From Bacillus sp. (in: firmicutes) (lineage in GTDB: Bacteria; Bacillota; Bacilli; Bacillales; Bacillaceae): DNA of 64,000 bases. This document shows positions 10,639-22,300 of this stretch, piece by piece (the stretch's first letter is position 1; each line of letters starts with the position of its first letter). The notes beneath the pieces are model-generated. The model did not search any database. It was given only the letters and a program-made list of their open reading frames with translations, and had not been told where the DNA came from. Position numbers and translations under genes: made by a program. The stretch is from the NCBI GenBank assembly GCA_031180405.1, contig JAPSLU010000006.1:336-64335 (forward strand), given 5' to 3'.

Positions 10639-10791
10639 TTATATCCCTCCAAGCATACTGTCGTCAGTTTTACTCATCTTTTGTTGTTCTGATTCAGAAA
10701 GTGTAGCATGGTAAGGGAACCTCTCATCGTGCTTAGTAACTGAATCTTTGCCTTGTTGTACAAAACGTTTTGATTTGTTACGTTTACCCAT
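10639..10791 (-). CDS. Unannotated 50-aa protein directly upstream of yizC
   Basis: MGKRNKSKRFVQQGKDSVTKHDERFPYHATLSESEQQKMSKTDDSMLGGI*; RBS AAAGGGGGG; its TAA abuts the yizC ATG. Confidence 0.75.
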   Translation of the reverse strand: MGKRNKSKRFVQQGKDSVTKHDERFPYHATLSESEQQKMSKTDDSMLGGI

Positions 10792-10910
10792 TGAAAAAGC
10801 CCCCCTTTAAAATAATGACGCTTTATTTGCGTCAAGATTATTTTGTGCGAAACAATGGATTATATAAATGGCAATATGTATCTCAATTGCTTTAGATTTT
10901 CATGTAAGTA

Positions 10911-11723
10911 TTAAAGAGATAAGACCTTTTGTAAGTAATGTGCAATTCCATCCTCTTCATTTGTCAACGTTTCTTTATTTGCTACTGCTTTAAGTTTATC
11001 GATGGCATTTCCCATAGCAACTCCATGGCCTGCATATTTTAACATCTCCAAGTCATTATCCTCATCACCAAATGCAATAATTCTTTCAGTCGGAATTTTA
11101 TAATAGGAAGCGATTTTTTCTAATCCTATCGCTTTATTCATACCGGCTCTAATAATTTCGATCACGTGCCAAGGTGCTGCCCATCTTCTATGGTCAACGA
11201 CTTCAGCATGAACGTCTGATAAGTATGTTCTTATTTTTTCAACATCTTCATCAGCGGCATGAATGAGAATACTTGTGACATCTTCACCTAAATTTTTACG
11301 TAAATCCCCAATTTTAATATCGGGATGTCCCATACTAAAAACATCAATAAGCTTTTCATCATGATAATGGAAATACACGTCATCGATAATCTCTGCTAAT
11401 ACATTATGTAATTTGTGTTCTTCAGCTACAGTGATGATTTCCTTTACGACGTCTAAATCTAATGTTGTGTGATAGGTACCCCAACTATGATCTTTTGGGT
11501 GATGAACGTAGGCACCGTTAAAATTAACGATGGGTGTTGTTAACTCTAATTCCTCATAGTAAATGGAGCTTGAACGGAATGGTCTTCCTGTTGCGATACA
11601 AACAATATGACCAGCAGCTTTCGCTTTCTTTATCATGTCTTTGTTAAAAGCTGAAATGGTCTTATCGTCTTTTAAAAGTGTCCCATCTAAATCTAAAGCG
11701 ATTAAATAAGGTTTTGTATCCAT
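10911..11723 (-). CDS. yitU: Cof-type HAD phosphatase
   Basis: DLDGTLL, ATGR, NK and FGDEDND motifs. Confidence 0.92.
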   Translation of the reverse strand: MDTKPYLIALDLDGTLLKDDKTISAFNKDMIKKAKAAGHIVCIATGRPFRSSSIYYEELELTTPIVNFNGAYVHHPKDHSWGTYHTTLDLDVVKEIITVAEEHKLHNVLAEIIDDVYFHYHDEKLIDVFSMGHPDIKIGDLRKNLGEDVTSILIHAADEDVEKIRTYLSDVHAEVVDHRRWAAPWHVIEIIRAGMNKAIGLEKIASYYKIPTERIIAFGDEDNDLEMLKYAGHGVAMGNAIDKLKAVANKETLTNEEDGIAHYLQKVLSL

Positions 11724-11795
11724 AACGTCTCCTTTTTCACTTTAAAATTTTGTTACTCTAGTTCACGTCGCCAAACGGTTCTTACAAAGTTTATT

Positions 11796-11942
11796 GTCTA
11801 GCTCCAGCGACCAGCGCCTAGTGAACTTCACACTCCTCCTTACGATAAGTCAACATCAAATCGCAGTTGCTCTTCGTGTTCCCTTTATCTCATACGGAGT
11901 GCTCCAGTTCATACGTCGCTAACCGGGTCGCTTCCGCTTTTC
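11796..11942. repeat. ~147-bp hairpin repeat flanked by TTTATT direct repeats
   Basis: GTCTAGCTCCAGCG...CGCTTCCGCTTTTC with TTTATT at 11790-11795 and 11943-11948. Confidence 0.7.
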
Positions 11943-12025
11943 TTTATTAGTGTATCTTTTTTCCAAGTTTTATGTCTACATGTTACACTGACTTTGTGGG
12001 AAAATAACTAGGGAGGCGCTTTTGA

Positions 12026-12793
12026 TTGATTATTGTTGAAAAATTACATATAGAGAGCATTCCAACATTACATGTTGTAAAAGAGTCGTTAAAAGAGACA
12101 AGAACTCCTTTCGTGATGTTTGTTCACGGTTTTACAAGTGCTAAGGAAAATAATCTTCATATTGCATATTATTTAGCTGAAAAAGGCATAAGGGTTGCAT
12201 TACCAGAGGCTTTGTATCACGGCGAGAGAAGTGAACAACATGATCCAAAGGAACTTAACTTCAAATTTTGGAATATCGTTTTAAATGAAATAAATGAATT
12301 GAACAAAATTAAGGAATACTTTACTCAAAAGCTACTGATTGACTCTGATCATATCGGCCTTGCTGGTACGTCAATGGGCGGGATTACCACTTTAGGTGCT
12401 CTTACTCAATATGATTGGATCAAAGCTGCTGTGAGCTTAATGGGAAGTCCAGCAATAACCGATCTTTTAAAAAGCCAGCTTGATGCGTTAAAGCAAAATG
12501 GCGTCGAGCTTCCACTTTCTAATGAAGAAATTGAACAACTGTATGCTCAATTGCAGCCTTTTGATTTGAACCTTCAAAAAGATAAGCTTCAAAATCGACC
12601 ATTGCTGTTTTGGCATGGTGAGCGTGATCAAGTTGTGCCATTTGCTCCAACGTATCAATTTTATAAGGATATTGTCCCATTATATGAAAAAGAACCAGAA
12701 AAACTTTGTTTTATTACCGATCCATTAGCTGATCATAAAGTGTCTAGAGAAGGTGTTTTAGCATTAGTTGAATGGTTTGAAAGACATCTTTAA
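12026..12793 (+). CDS. yitV: Alpha/beta hydrolase (esterase)
   Basis: HGFTS, GTSMGG nucleophile elbow, WHGERDQVV, C-terminal His. Confidence 0.88.
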   Translation: MIIVEKLHIESIPTLHVVKESLKETRTPFVMFVHGFTSAKENNLHIAYYLAEKGIRVALPEALYHGERSEQHDPKELNFKFWNIVLNEINELNKIKEYFTQKLLIDSDHIGLAGTSMGGITTLGALTQYDWIKAAVSLMGSPAITDLLKSQLDALKQNGVELPLSNEEIEQLYAQLQPFDLNLQKDKLQNRPLLFWHGERDQVVPFAPTYQFYKDIVPLYEKEPEKLCFITDPLADHKVSREGVLALVEWFERHL

Positions 12794-12845
12794 ACGAAAA
12801 AAGCGCAAGCCCTTCGGCAACCCTGACAAGCATATTTTTTTATAA

Positions 12846-13006
12846 GGCAATTTTCGAAAATTTGTTGTTATTAATAATTTGAAGGAGACAGCACGATATA
12901 AGTCTAGTGCATCTTTACTTCTTCTTAGTATCGAACCTTTTTTACGATAAAGCACGGTTTTTCAGCATATTTAGGTCAAAGAGCAACAATCTTTTAGAAA
13001 AGAGCC
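12846..13006. mobile_element. ~160-bp MITE (GGC..GCC family)
   Basis: TIRs GGCAATTTTCGAAAATTTGTTG / CAACAATCTTTTAGAAAAGAGCC; flanks TTTTATAA/TTTAATAA; core similar to the copies at 24592 and 31213. Confidence 0.8.
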
Positions 13007-13099
13007 TTTAATAAAAAGCAGAATGCTTTCATTGTACTCGCATATTTACTATACTCTAAGTACGAACTTCTTAAATGATATGAAAGGAGTGTTTATATA

Positions 13100-13408
13100 A
13101 TGGATGAATTATTAAAAGATAATCTTTATGGTGCATTAGAAACGGTTGTAGATCCAGAGCTTGGTGTAGATATTGTCAATCTAGGTCTAGTGTACGATGT
13201 GGAAATGGATGAAGAAGGTCATACAATTGTGTCAATGACATTAACTTCAATGGGATGCCCACTTGCAGCAACAATTGTGGAACAAATTAAGGTAGCCCTT
13301 TCTGATATTCCAGAAGTGAAGAGCACAGAAGTGAATATTGTGTGGAGTCCACCATGGACAAAGGACAAAATGTCAAGAATCGCAAAAATTGCTTTAGGTA
13401 TTCAGTAA
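13100..13408 (+). CDS. yitW: DUF59 / SufT-like Fe-S maturation protein
   Basis: DPELGVDIVNLGLVY, MTLTSMGCP, VWSPPWT. Confidence 0.93.
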   Translation: MDELLKDNLYGALETVVDPELGVDIVNLGLVYDVEMDEEGHTIVSMTLTSMGCPLAATIVEQIKVALSDIPEVKSTEVNIVWSPPWTKDKMSRIAKIALGIQ

Positions 13409-13734
13409 TATTTGTAAGTAAGAGTAACTCTTATACAATCGATACAAATTAACCTATTTTTACATAGGTAAGTATCAGGTGTAGAAGGGGTTGCTCTTTT
13501 TTTATAAGATCAATAGGCGGAAAATTCTATAATTAATATTGGTGACTACTCCAGGCACCAAACAGCTCTAAGGGGAAAAAACCCTTCTTTCTTGCTCGCC
13601 TTTCGCTTTTCTTATCTCTATACAATATTCAAATTTTTTATGCAATTAAATGTATATATATTATGTCTCTATAAACCCTTTGTTGTCCTGAGTTTACTAT
13701 CTACTGTAGGATTTTTATGAAAAAATTACAAAAA

Positions 13735-13777
13735 TATTATTTATACACTTGATTTTATTTTTATACATATTTATAAT
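13735..13777 (+). promoter_or_regulatory. SigA promoter of the arg operon overlapped by ARG-box-like (AhrC) sites
   Basis: TTGATT(13749)-N17-TATAAT(13772); overlapping TATTTATACA and TTTTTATACA half-sites. Confidence 0.65.
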
Positions 13778-13822
13778 TGAGAAATAAATTTAGAAAACGA
13801 ACTTACAAGAAGAGAAGGTGAT

Positions 13823-14863
13823 TTGGTGAAAGTAGGAATTATCGGGGCCACAGGTTATGGTGGAGTCGAATTATATCGTATATTATCCAATCATCCACAT
13901 ATAGAAGAATGTATTCTTTACTCATCTTCAGAAATGGATGTTCCATATAGTAACTCATTCCCGCATTTAAATCAGTTAAGTAATCAGATATTAAGAGATA
14001 TTAATGTCGATGAAATAAAAAAAGAGCTACAGTTTTTGTTTTTAGCGACACCTCCTGGAGTTTCGAGGAACTTAACACCTCAATTTCTAGGATCAAACGT
14101 GAGAATCATTGATCTATCCGGTGACTTGCGATTAAAAGATCGCTTAGAGTATGAACATTGGTATAAGCGTCCTTGTGTGGCAGATAATGTTTTAGAAAGA
14201 GCTGTATATGGACTTTCTGAGCTAAATAAAGAAGATATTGTGAAAGCTGATATCCTTGCTAATCCAGGCTGCTTTCCAACCGCAACGATTTTAGGTTTGG
14301 CACCTGTTGTCAAAAATAATATGATCGATGTTAAGTCCATCATTGTTGATGCAAAAACAGGAGTGTCTGGAGCGGGGCGTAATGCATCCCAAGCCACACA
14401 CTTCTCTGAAGTTAATGAAAATATGAAAATATATAAAGTACATGAACATCAACATGTACCAGAGGTTGAGCAAGCTCTACACTTATTGAATGAAGCGGTT
14501 GGAGCGATCTCTTTCTCAACGCATTTAATTCCAATGACACGCGGAATTATGGCGACTATCTATGCTAGTGTAAATGATTCATATACAACTGAGAAATTAC
14601 TAGATTTATATAAAGAGTTTTATGCTGAGTCGCCTTTTGTTCGAATTCGCGAGCAAAATGAATTCCCTTCAACAAAAGAAGTATACGGTTCAAACTTTTG
14701 TGATATCGGGTTGAAGGTGGATGAACGAACAGGAAGGATCACAATTGTTTCAGTAATTGACAATTTAATGAAGGGTGCAGCAGGTCAAGCGGTACAAAAC
14801 TTTAACCTAATGAACGGATATGAAGAAACAACCGGCTTATATTTTGCACCTATTTATCCATAA
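13823..14863 (+). CDS. argC: N-acetyl-gamma-glutamyl-phosphate reductase
   Basis: [29 protein letters not shown]. Confidence 0.97.
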   Translation: MVKVGIIGATGYGGVELYRILSNHPHIEECILYSSSEMDVPYSNSFPHLNQLSNQILRDINVDEIKKELQFLFLATPPGVSRNLTPQFLGSNVRIIDLSGDLRLKDRLEYEHWYKRPCVADNVLERAVYGLSELNKEDIVKADILANPGCFPTATILGLAPVVKNNMIDVKSIIVDAKTGVSGAGRNASQATHFSEVNENMKIYKVHEHQHVPEVEQALHLLNEAVGAISFSTHLIPMTRGIMATIYASVNDSYTTEKLLDLYKEFYAESPFVRIREQNEFPSTKEVYGSNFCDIGLKVDERTGRITIVSVIDNLMKGAAGQAVQNFNLMNGYEETTGLYFAPIYP

Positions 14864-14969
14864 TACTACTTTGCAGATGAATGGAAAGGTCAGACTCGGA
14901 GTAACGGATTGACTAAACCAATGTCATTGTAAAAGAGTTTTGATCATGACAACTAGGGAGGAAAAAGAA

Positions 14970-16202
14970 GTGCTACAAGCAAAAGAAACATCTGCTATTA
15001 CTAAAATTGAAACTGGATCTGTTGTGACACCAAAAGGATTTTTAGCTGACGGTGTTCATGCAGGGCTTAGGTATTCAAGAAATGACCTAGGGGTTATTTA
15101 CAGTGAGGTACCAGCGAATTGTGCAGCTGTTTACACACAAAGCCATTTTCAAGCAGCTCCGTTAAAAGTAACACAGGAAAGTGTTGCGAAAGAAGGGTTG
15201 TTGCAAGCGATTATCGTCAATAGTGCAAATGCTAATGCATGTACAGGTGAACAGGGTTTAAAAGACGCATATGAGATGAGAGAAAGAACAGCTAGCTTGT
15301 TTAACATAAAACCAAATTACGTTGCAGTTGCTTCAACAGGTGTAATCGGAGAATTTTTGAAAATGGATAAAATTCGAGCTGGTATTGAACAGTTAAATCC
15401 AGAAGGCACGGATGAAGCAGCAGAAGCCTTTCAAACAGCAATTTTAACAACAGATTTAGTGATGAAAAACTCATGCTATCAAGTTCAAATAGATGGAAAA
15501 ACTGTAACCATTGGTGGAGCAGCGAAGGGTTCAGGCATGATACACCCTAATATGGCAACGATGCTTTCTTTTGTTACAACAGATGCGAATATTGATTCAG
15601 CATCACTTCAAGCACTTTTAAGTGAAACGACAGATAAAACATATAATCAAATTACTGTTGATGGGGATACATCAACAAATGATATGGTTTTAGTACTGGC
15701 AAATGGTCAGGCTGAAAATGAACTATTGACTGAACAGCATCCAGGATGGAATGACTTCAAAGCAGCGTTTCGCTTGGTTAGTGAAGAGTTAGCAAAGCAA
15801 ATCGCTAAAGATGGAGAAGGAGCAACAAAGCTGATTGAAGTGGAAGTAACAGGTGCGAAGACAAAACAAGAAGCTAATATTGTTGCCAAGAAGATTGTTG
15901 GGTCTAGCTTAGTCAAGACAGCTGTATACGGAGCAGATGTCAACTGGGGAAGAATCATTTGTGCAGTAGGATATAGTGAAGCGCAGGTTGAGCCTGACAA
16001 AATCGATATTTATTTAGAGGACCTATGTTTATTTACTAATAATCGTCCACAATCATTTTCAGAGGAAATTGCCTCTACTTACCTGAAACAAGATCAAGTG
16101 AAAATTACAGTAAACCTTGGGGTTGGAGAAGAACAAGGAAAAGCCTGGGGCTGTGATTTAACCTATGATTACGTGAAAATCAACGCAAGTTATCGAACGT
16201 AA
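14970..16202 (+). CDS. argJ: Ornithine acetyltransferase / N-acetylglutamate synthase
   Basis: KGSGMIHPNMATML autocleavage motif, DGDTSTND, DGEGATK; GTG start chosen from RBS GGGAGG. Confidence 0.96.
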   Translation: MLQAKETSAITKIETGSVVTPKGFLADGVHAGLRYSRNDLGVIYSEVPANCAAVYTQSHFQAAPLKVTQESVAKEGLLQAIIVNSANANACTGEQGLKDAYEMRERTASLFNIKPNYVAVASTGVIGEFLKMDKIRAGIEQLNPEGTDEAAEAFQTAILTTDLVMKNSCYQVQIDGKTVTIGGAAKGSGMIHPNMATMLSFVTTDANIDSASLQALLSETTDKTYNQITVDGDTSTNDMVLVLANGQAENELLTEQHPGWNDFKAAFRLVSEELAKQIAKDGEGATKLIEVEVTGAKTKQEANIVAKKIVGSSLVKTAVYGADVNWGRIICAVGYSEAQVEPDKIDIYLEDLCLFTNNRPQSFSEEIASTYLKQDQVKITVNLGVGEEQGKAWGCDLTYDYVKINASYRT

Positions 16203-16213
16203 GGGAGATTGTT

Positions 16214-16996
16214 ATGTCAAAAACAGTTGTATTAAAATGTGGCGGAAGTACTGTTCATCAATTGTCGGAGTCATTTTTTCAAAGCTTACAAGCATTGCTT
16301 TCTTCTAATTGGAGAGTGATGATCGTCCACGGTGGTGGACCTGATATCACGAACATGTTGAAAGCTTTAAAAATTGAAACAGAGTTCTACAATGGTCAAC
16401 GGAAAACAACAGAAGAAGTACTAGAGGTTGCTGAAATGGTGTTAGCTGGAAAGATTAACAAGAAGCTAACAAACCTTTTAAAGCAAAAAGGACTAAAATC
16501 TATTGGTTTGTCTGGTACAGATGACAGCCTTTTACAAGCCGACTTTTTAGATCAAGACCATTTGGGGATGGTTGGGAAAGTGACATCAGTTAACACAGCG
16601 GCTGTGAATTTATTGATGGATAACGGCTATATTCCTGTTGTGGCGCCACTTGCATGCACTGTAACACATGAGACTCTTAATGTTAATGCCGATTTAGCAG
16701 CTGCAGCTATAGCAAATGCTGTAGGTGCAGAGAAATTTCTATTCGTAACAGATGTTCCTGGAATTTTGGATGAAGAAAAGCAAGTGATTGAGACGATTAC
16801 ACCACCTCAAATTATTGAACTTATTAAGAGTGAAGTTATTACAGGTGGAATGATTCCAAAAGTTGAATCTGCTATGGCAACTCTTTCAGATATTTGTCAG
16901 GAAGTCATGATTGTAAGTGGTCAACAAGCATTTATCGAAAATGACGCATTTAAAGGAACAAAAATTGTGAGTGAAAAGGGGGTCTTGTCATCATGA
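16214..16996 (+). CDS. argB: Acetylglutamate kinase
   Basis: VLKCGGS, VHGGGP, NVNAD, GGMIPKV. Confidence 0.96.
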   Translation: MSKTVVLKCGGSTVHQLSESFFQSLQALLSSNWRVMIVHGGGPDITNMLKALKIETEFYNGQRKTTEEVLEVAEMVLAGKINKKLTNLLKQKGLKSIGLSGTDDSLLQADFLDQDHLGMVGKVTSVNTAAVNLLMDNGYIPVVAPLACTVTHETLNVNADLAAAAIANAVGAEKFLFVTDVPGILDEEKQVIETITPPQIIELIKSEVITGGMIPKVESAMATLSDICQEVMIVSGQQAFIENDAFKGTKIVSEKGVLSS

Positions 16997-18153
16997 GTTA
17001 TTTATTTCCAACGTATGCGAGATGGGACGTGACAATTAAGGAAGCAAAAGGTTCTTGGGTTACAGATGTAAATGATACAAAGTATTTAGATTTTATCTCT
17101 GGTATTGCTGTGTGTAACCTAGGCCATGCAAATGAAGATGTTACAAATGCTGTTCAAGAACAGCTAACAAAATACTGGCATATGTCAAATCTTTTTCATC
17201 AGCCGATACAGGAAGAAGTTGCGAAGCTCTTAGTTGAATCGAGTGACGGAGATGCTGTTTTTTTCTGTAATAGTGGAGCGGAAGCCAATGAAGCTGCTAT
17301 TAAGCTAGCAAGAAAACACACAGGTAAAACGAAGATTGTCACGTTTCTACAGTCATTTCATGGAAGAACATTCGCAACAATGTCAGCAACAGGGCAAGAG
17401 AAAATTCATCAAGGATACGGACCTCTACTCGAAACATTTCAATATTTACCTTACAACAAACTTGAAGAATTAGATGAGCTAGGAAATGATGTAGCAGCAA
17501 TAATGCTTGAAGTTGTTCAAGGTGAAGGTGGTGTTGTTCCTGCAGAGGAAGCATTCATTCAAAAGGTATCAGAAACATGCGCGAAAATTGGTGCACTACT
17601 TATTATAGATGAAGTTCAAACAGGTATTGGGCGAACTGGAAAACCATTTGGCTATCAACATTATGGAATTAAGCCAGACATTATTACATCAGCTAAAGGA
17701 CTCGGTAGCGGTTTGCCGGTCGGTGCGATGATTGGGCAAAAGGCACTTATTGAAACATTTCAAGCAGGAAGTCATGGCTCTACATTTGGAGGAAATCCAA
17801 TTGCAATGGCTGCAGCGAAAGTTACACTAACGAAAATTTTCGAAAAAGAATTCTTAAAAGAAATTGAAAAAAAGAGTCACTATTTAATTGAGAAGTTGAA
17901 TAGTTTAGTAGGGAAGCATCCACAGGTAAACGAAATTCGTGGTAAGGGCTTATTAGTTGGAATTGAATGTAAAGTACAAGTCTCAGATCTTATTAACCAA
18001 TTAAGAGAACAAAAATTACTAGTCCTTCCAGCTGGACCTAATGTGATTCGTTTACTTCCACCATTAACAGTATCATTTGAAGAAATTGATCTTGCAGCTA
18101 AAACGATAGCGAGCGTATTTTTAACTGTGGATCATTCTGTAAGAGCTCATTAA
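16993..18153 (+). CDS. argD: Acetylornithine aminotransferase
   Basis: Class III PLP motifs [31 protein letters not shown]. Confidence 0.96.
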   Translation: MSYLFPTYARWDVTIKEAKGSWVTDVNDTKYLDFISGIAVCNLGHANEDVTNAVQEQLTKYWHMSNLFHQPIQEEVAKLLVESSDGDAVFFCNSGAEANEAAIKLARKHTGKTKIVTFLQSFHGRTFATMSATGQEKIHQGYGPLLETFQYLPYNKLEELDELGNDVAAIMLEVVQGEGGVVPAEEAFIQKVSETCAKIGALLIIDEVQTGIGRTGKPFGYQHYGIKPDIITSAKGLGSGLPVGAMIGQKALIETFQAGSHGSTFGGNPIAMAAAKVTLTKIFEKEFLKEIEKKSHYLIEKLNSLVGKHPQVNEIRGKGLLVGIECKVQVSDLINQLREQKLLVLPAGPNVIRLLPPLTVSFEEIDLAAKTIASVFLTVDHSVRAH

Positions 18154-18255
18154 GTTGAGCATTTTTTTTACTAATAGTTGAATAAAAATACTGATATTCT
18201 AATAATTATCCAAGTCTGGATAGAGAAGAATTAAAGACAAACGAGGTGTAGGCAG

Positions 18256-19329
18256 ATGAAAGGATATCTTCATTTAGAGGATGGTTCAGTTTATACAGGA
18301 GAACTTGAACACGGATCTTCCGAGAATATAAACGGAGAAATCGTCTTTTTTACAGGAATGACAGGATACCAAGAAGTGTTAACGGATCCTTCTTATAAAA
18401 ATCAAATTGTGGTATTTACGTATCCGCTTATTGGGAACTACGGGATTAATATAAGTGATGATGAAAGTAAAAAACCACAGGTTAAAGCTGTTGTGATCTA
18501 TGAGTGTACAACAAATTATTCTCATTATGAAGCGCAATATAGCTTTAAAGAATATTTGCAAAAGTGGAATATACCAATTATTCATCACATTGATACACGT
18601 GCAGTTGTCAAAAAAATACGTAGTCATGGCTCGATGGCAGCAGCGATCACATCAAAATCAATTCTAGAGGAAAGACCTTCTACAATTTTTGAGGATGGAG
18701 TATTCGAAGTTGTCTCAGATAAGCTTGAAACCTATGGTAATGGTGAAAAGCATATTGCATTAGTAGACTTCGGATATAAGAAATCGATACTAACCTCTTT
18801 ATTGAGTAGGGGCTGCAAAGTAACGACTGTTCCGTTTAAAATGATCGATCAAGTCGCTGACTTAAATCCAGACGGAGTCCTATTATCAAACGGACCTGGG
18901 GATCCCGAACAATTATCAAGCTATTTTACTCAGATTAAAAAGGTAGTATCTGCATTCCCAACTTTAGGAATTTGTTTAGGACACCAATTAATCGCTCTTT
19001 CTTTCGGAGCTAAGACGAAAAAGCTTCTATTTGGACATCGAGGAGCAAATCAGCCTGTTTTTGATACGAAAACAAAGCGAGTCTTCATGACATCTCAAAA
19101 TCATAGTTATGTTGTGATAAAAGAAAGTTTAAACAAAACAGACTTATCAGTGCGTTTTTATCATATAAATGATGATTCTATCGAAGGGTTATCTCACGTG
19201 AGTTTACCAATTTTAACAGCACAATTTCATCCTGAGGCACATCCAGGACCTTCTGACAGTGAATGGATATTCGATGAATTTTTAGAGCTAGTAGCAGCAG
19301 TGACAAAAGGAGATATACTTTATGCCTAA
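18256..19329 (+). CDS. carA: Carbamoyl-phosphate synthase small subunit (arginine-specific)
   Basis: GEIVFFTGMTGYQE, SNGPGDP, GICLGHQ, QFHPEA. Confidence 0.97.
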   Translation: MKGYLHLEDGSVYTGELEHGSSENINGEIVFFTGMTGYQEVLTDPSYKNQIVVFTYPLIGNYGINISDDESKKPQVKAVVIYECTTNYSHYEAQYSFKEYLQKWNIPIIHHIDTRAVVKKIRSHGSMAAAITSKSILEERPSTIFEDGVFEVVSDKLETYGNGEKHIALVDFGYKKSILTSLLSRGCKVTTVPFKMIDQVADLNPDGVLLSNGPGDPEQLSSYFTQIKKVVSAFPTLGICLGHQLIALSFGAKTKKLLFGHRGANQPVFDTKTKRVFMTSQNHSYVVIKESLNKTDLSVRFYHINDDSIEGLSHVSLPILTAQFHPEAHPGPSDSEWIFDEFLELVAAVTKGDILYA

Positions 19330-22300
19330 AAACAAATCAATCAAAAAAATAGTCGTAATCGGTTCCGGTCCAATTGTGATCGGGCAGGCTGCAGAATTTG
19401 ACTATGCAGGTACCCAAGGTTGTCTAGCATTAAAAGAAGAGGGCTATCAAGTTGTTCTTGTAAATAACAATCCGGCAACCATCATGACAGACGAAGAATT
19501 TTCAGATGTTCTGTACTTTGAGCCATTAACGGTTGAAAGTTTAACTAAAATCATTGAAAAAGAAAAACCAGATGGCTTACTCGCATCATTAGGTGGTCAA
19601 ACAGGACTTAACTTAGCGATGGAGCTACATGAAGCAGGGGTTTTAGAAAAATATCGTGTTCAATTATTAGGAACTTCAATTGAATCCATCCGTAAGGGTG
19701 AAGACCGTAACGAGTTTCGCCAGTTAATGTATGACTTACATGAGCCTATTCCGGAAAGCTCAATCGTTACGACATTAGAGGAAGCCCTTGAATTCTCTAA
19801 TAAAATTGGCTTTCCGATTATTATACGTCCTGCCTACACTCTTGGTGGTAAAGGAGGCGGAATTGCTTCAAATCTGGATGAGTTTAAAAAACTCGTGAAA
19901 AGTGGATTACAGGCTAGTCCTATTACCCAATGTTTAATTGAAAAAAGTATTGCTGGTTTTAAAGAAGTAGAATATGAAATGATTCGAGATCATAAAGGAA
20001 CATGTATTTCCGTATGTAATATGGAAAACATTGACCCAGTTGGTGTTCATACAGGAGACTCAATTGTTGTTGCACCATCACAAACATTAACTGATCAGGA
20101 TTACCATATGCTAAGAACTGCAGCAGTTAAGATCGTTTCAGCACTAGGTGTGGTAGGTGGATGTAACATTCAATTAGCTTTAGATCCTAACAGCAAACAA
20201 TATTATGTGATTGAAGTTAATCCACGTGTCAGCAGATCATCTGCTTTAGCATCAAAGGCAACCGGTTATCCTATTGCTAAAATCGCTGCTAAGCTTGCAG
20301 TTGGTTATACATTAGAGGAACTAAAAAATCCATTAACAATGAGTACGTATGCTAGTTTTGAGCCAGCTCTTGATTATGTTGTTGTAAAATTCCCAAGATG
20401 GCCTTTCGATAAGTTCAATAAAGCTGATCGTAAGCTTGGAACAAAAATGAAGGCAACAGGCGAAGTTATGGCAATTGAACGAAACCTTGAGGCAGCCATT
20501 CAAAAGGCCTGTGACTCATTGGAACTAGACAATATTGGTACACATTTACCTGAGTTGTTAGACTTATCAACAGAAGAAATAAAGGCTTTAATGAATAAGA
20601 CAGATGATCGTCGTTTCTTTGCAGTGATGGAGCTATTAAGAAGAGGTGTGACGATTCAGGAAATCCATGAACAAACAGAAATGGATCTCTATTTCCTATC
20701 TAGCTTTCAGCAAATCATTGATCTTGAGAAGCAAATACAAGATAAAACAGTGGCAACACTTGATGCAGACTTCGTTGCGAAAGTGAAGGAAAAGGGCTTT
20801 TCAGATAAGACCATCTCATCTTTATTAAAAGCACCAGAAGCAGAAGTGCGTAAAGTTCGACTAGAGGCAGGAGTAAAAGCAGCCTATAAATATGTGGATA
20901 CTTGTGCTGCTGAGTTTGAAGCACGTACAAACTATTTCTACTCCACTTATTTCGGAGAAAATGAGCAGCCTGAGTTATCGGATAAGAAAAAGATCCTTAT
21001 TATTGGTTCTGGACCAATTCGTATTGGTCAAGGAATTGAATTTGACTATAGTGCTGTTCATGGAATTAAGGCATTAAAGCAACTAGGCTATGAAGCAGTT
21101 ATGATTAATAATAACCCTGAAACGGTTAGCACGGATTTTGAAACAGCTGATCGACTTTATTTTGAACCAATTACACTTGAACATGTGCTAAATATCGTTG
21201 ATTCAGAAGGCATTGATTCTGTCATCGTCCAATATGGTGGGCAAACAGCGATTAATCTTGCTGAACAATTAGAAAATGCAGGTGTTAAACTATTAGGTAC
21301 AGATACTGAAACACTAGACTGGTTAGAGGACCGCGACAAGTTCTACCACTTATTAGATGAATTGTCGATTCCCCATGCAGCTGGGTTAACGGCAAACAAT
21401 GCAGAAGAGGCTCTAAAGGGTGCGAAAGAAATTGGGTATTCTATGCTACTAAGACCTTCTTATGTTATCGGTGGAAAGGGCATGGTTGTTGTCCATAATG
21501 ATGATACGTTAGAGAAATTGCTAGCGGAGAATACAAATATGATCTATCCTATTCTTATTGATCAGTTTGTTCAGGGAGTTGAAGGTGAGATTGATCTTAT
21601 CTCAGATGGTCAAGACGCCTTTATTCCAACTTACATCGAACATGTTGAACCAGCAGGCGTTCATTCAGGAGATAGTTTAGCAATCCTTCCATCTCAAAAT
21701 CTAACAGATGACAATAAAAAGGTAATTGCTGAATATGCAAATGCAATAGTGAAAAAATTAAATTATCGTGGGATCATGAACATCCAATTCTTAGTAAACG
21801 GGAATGGAATATATGTACTTGAAGTTAATCCACGTGCAAGTAGAACTGCACCAATTATTAGTAAAGTAACAGGCATTCCTGTCATAAAGCATGCTACACA
21901 CTTACTATGTGGTAAAATGTTATCTGAGTTAAACATTAAACCTGCACAGCCAAATAATATGATTGCTGTAAAATATCCAATCTTCTCTAGTCATGCCTTA
22001 CATGATGTTGATATTACACTAGGGCCTGAAATGAAAGCTACGGGTGAAGGTATGTGTGTTGGAAGTAGTCTTAATGCCGTCTACCGTAAAATTTTTAAGA
22101 AAGACCTAGAAAACGTCGGCAGTGTCTTTTTTGATGTGAAAGATAAAAAAGCACAGGAAGAAGCTAAGAAAGCAGGACTTGATGTTGTAACTTCTGACTA
22201 TGAAACATGGGTTGAAGGAGATAAAGGAATCTTTGTATCCTTAGTTGATAGTGATGAAGCGAAATTAGCACGTCAACAAGCACTTGAAAAAGGAATGCTA

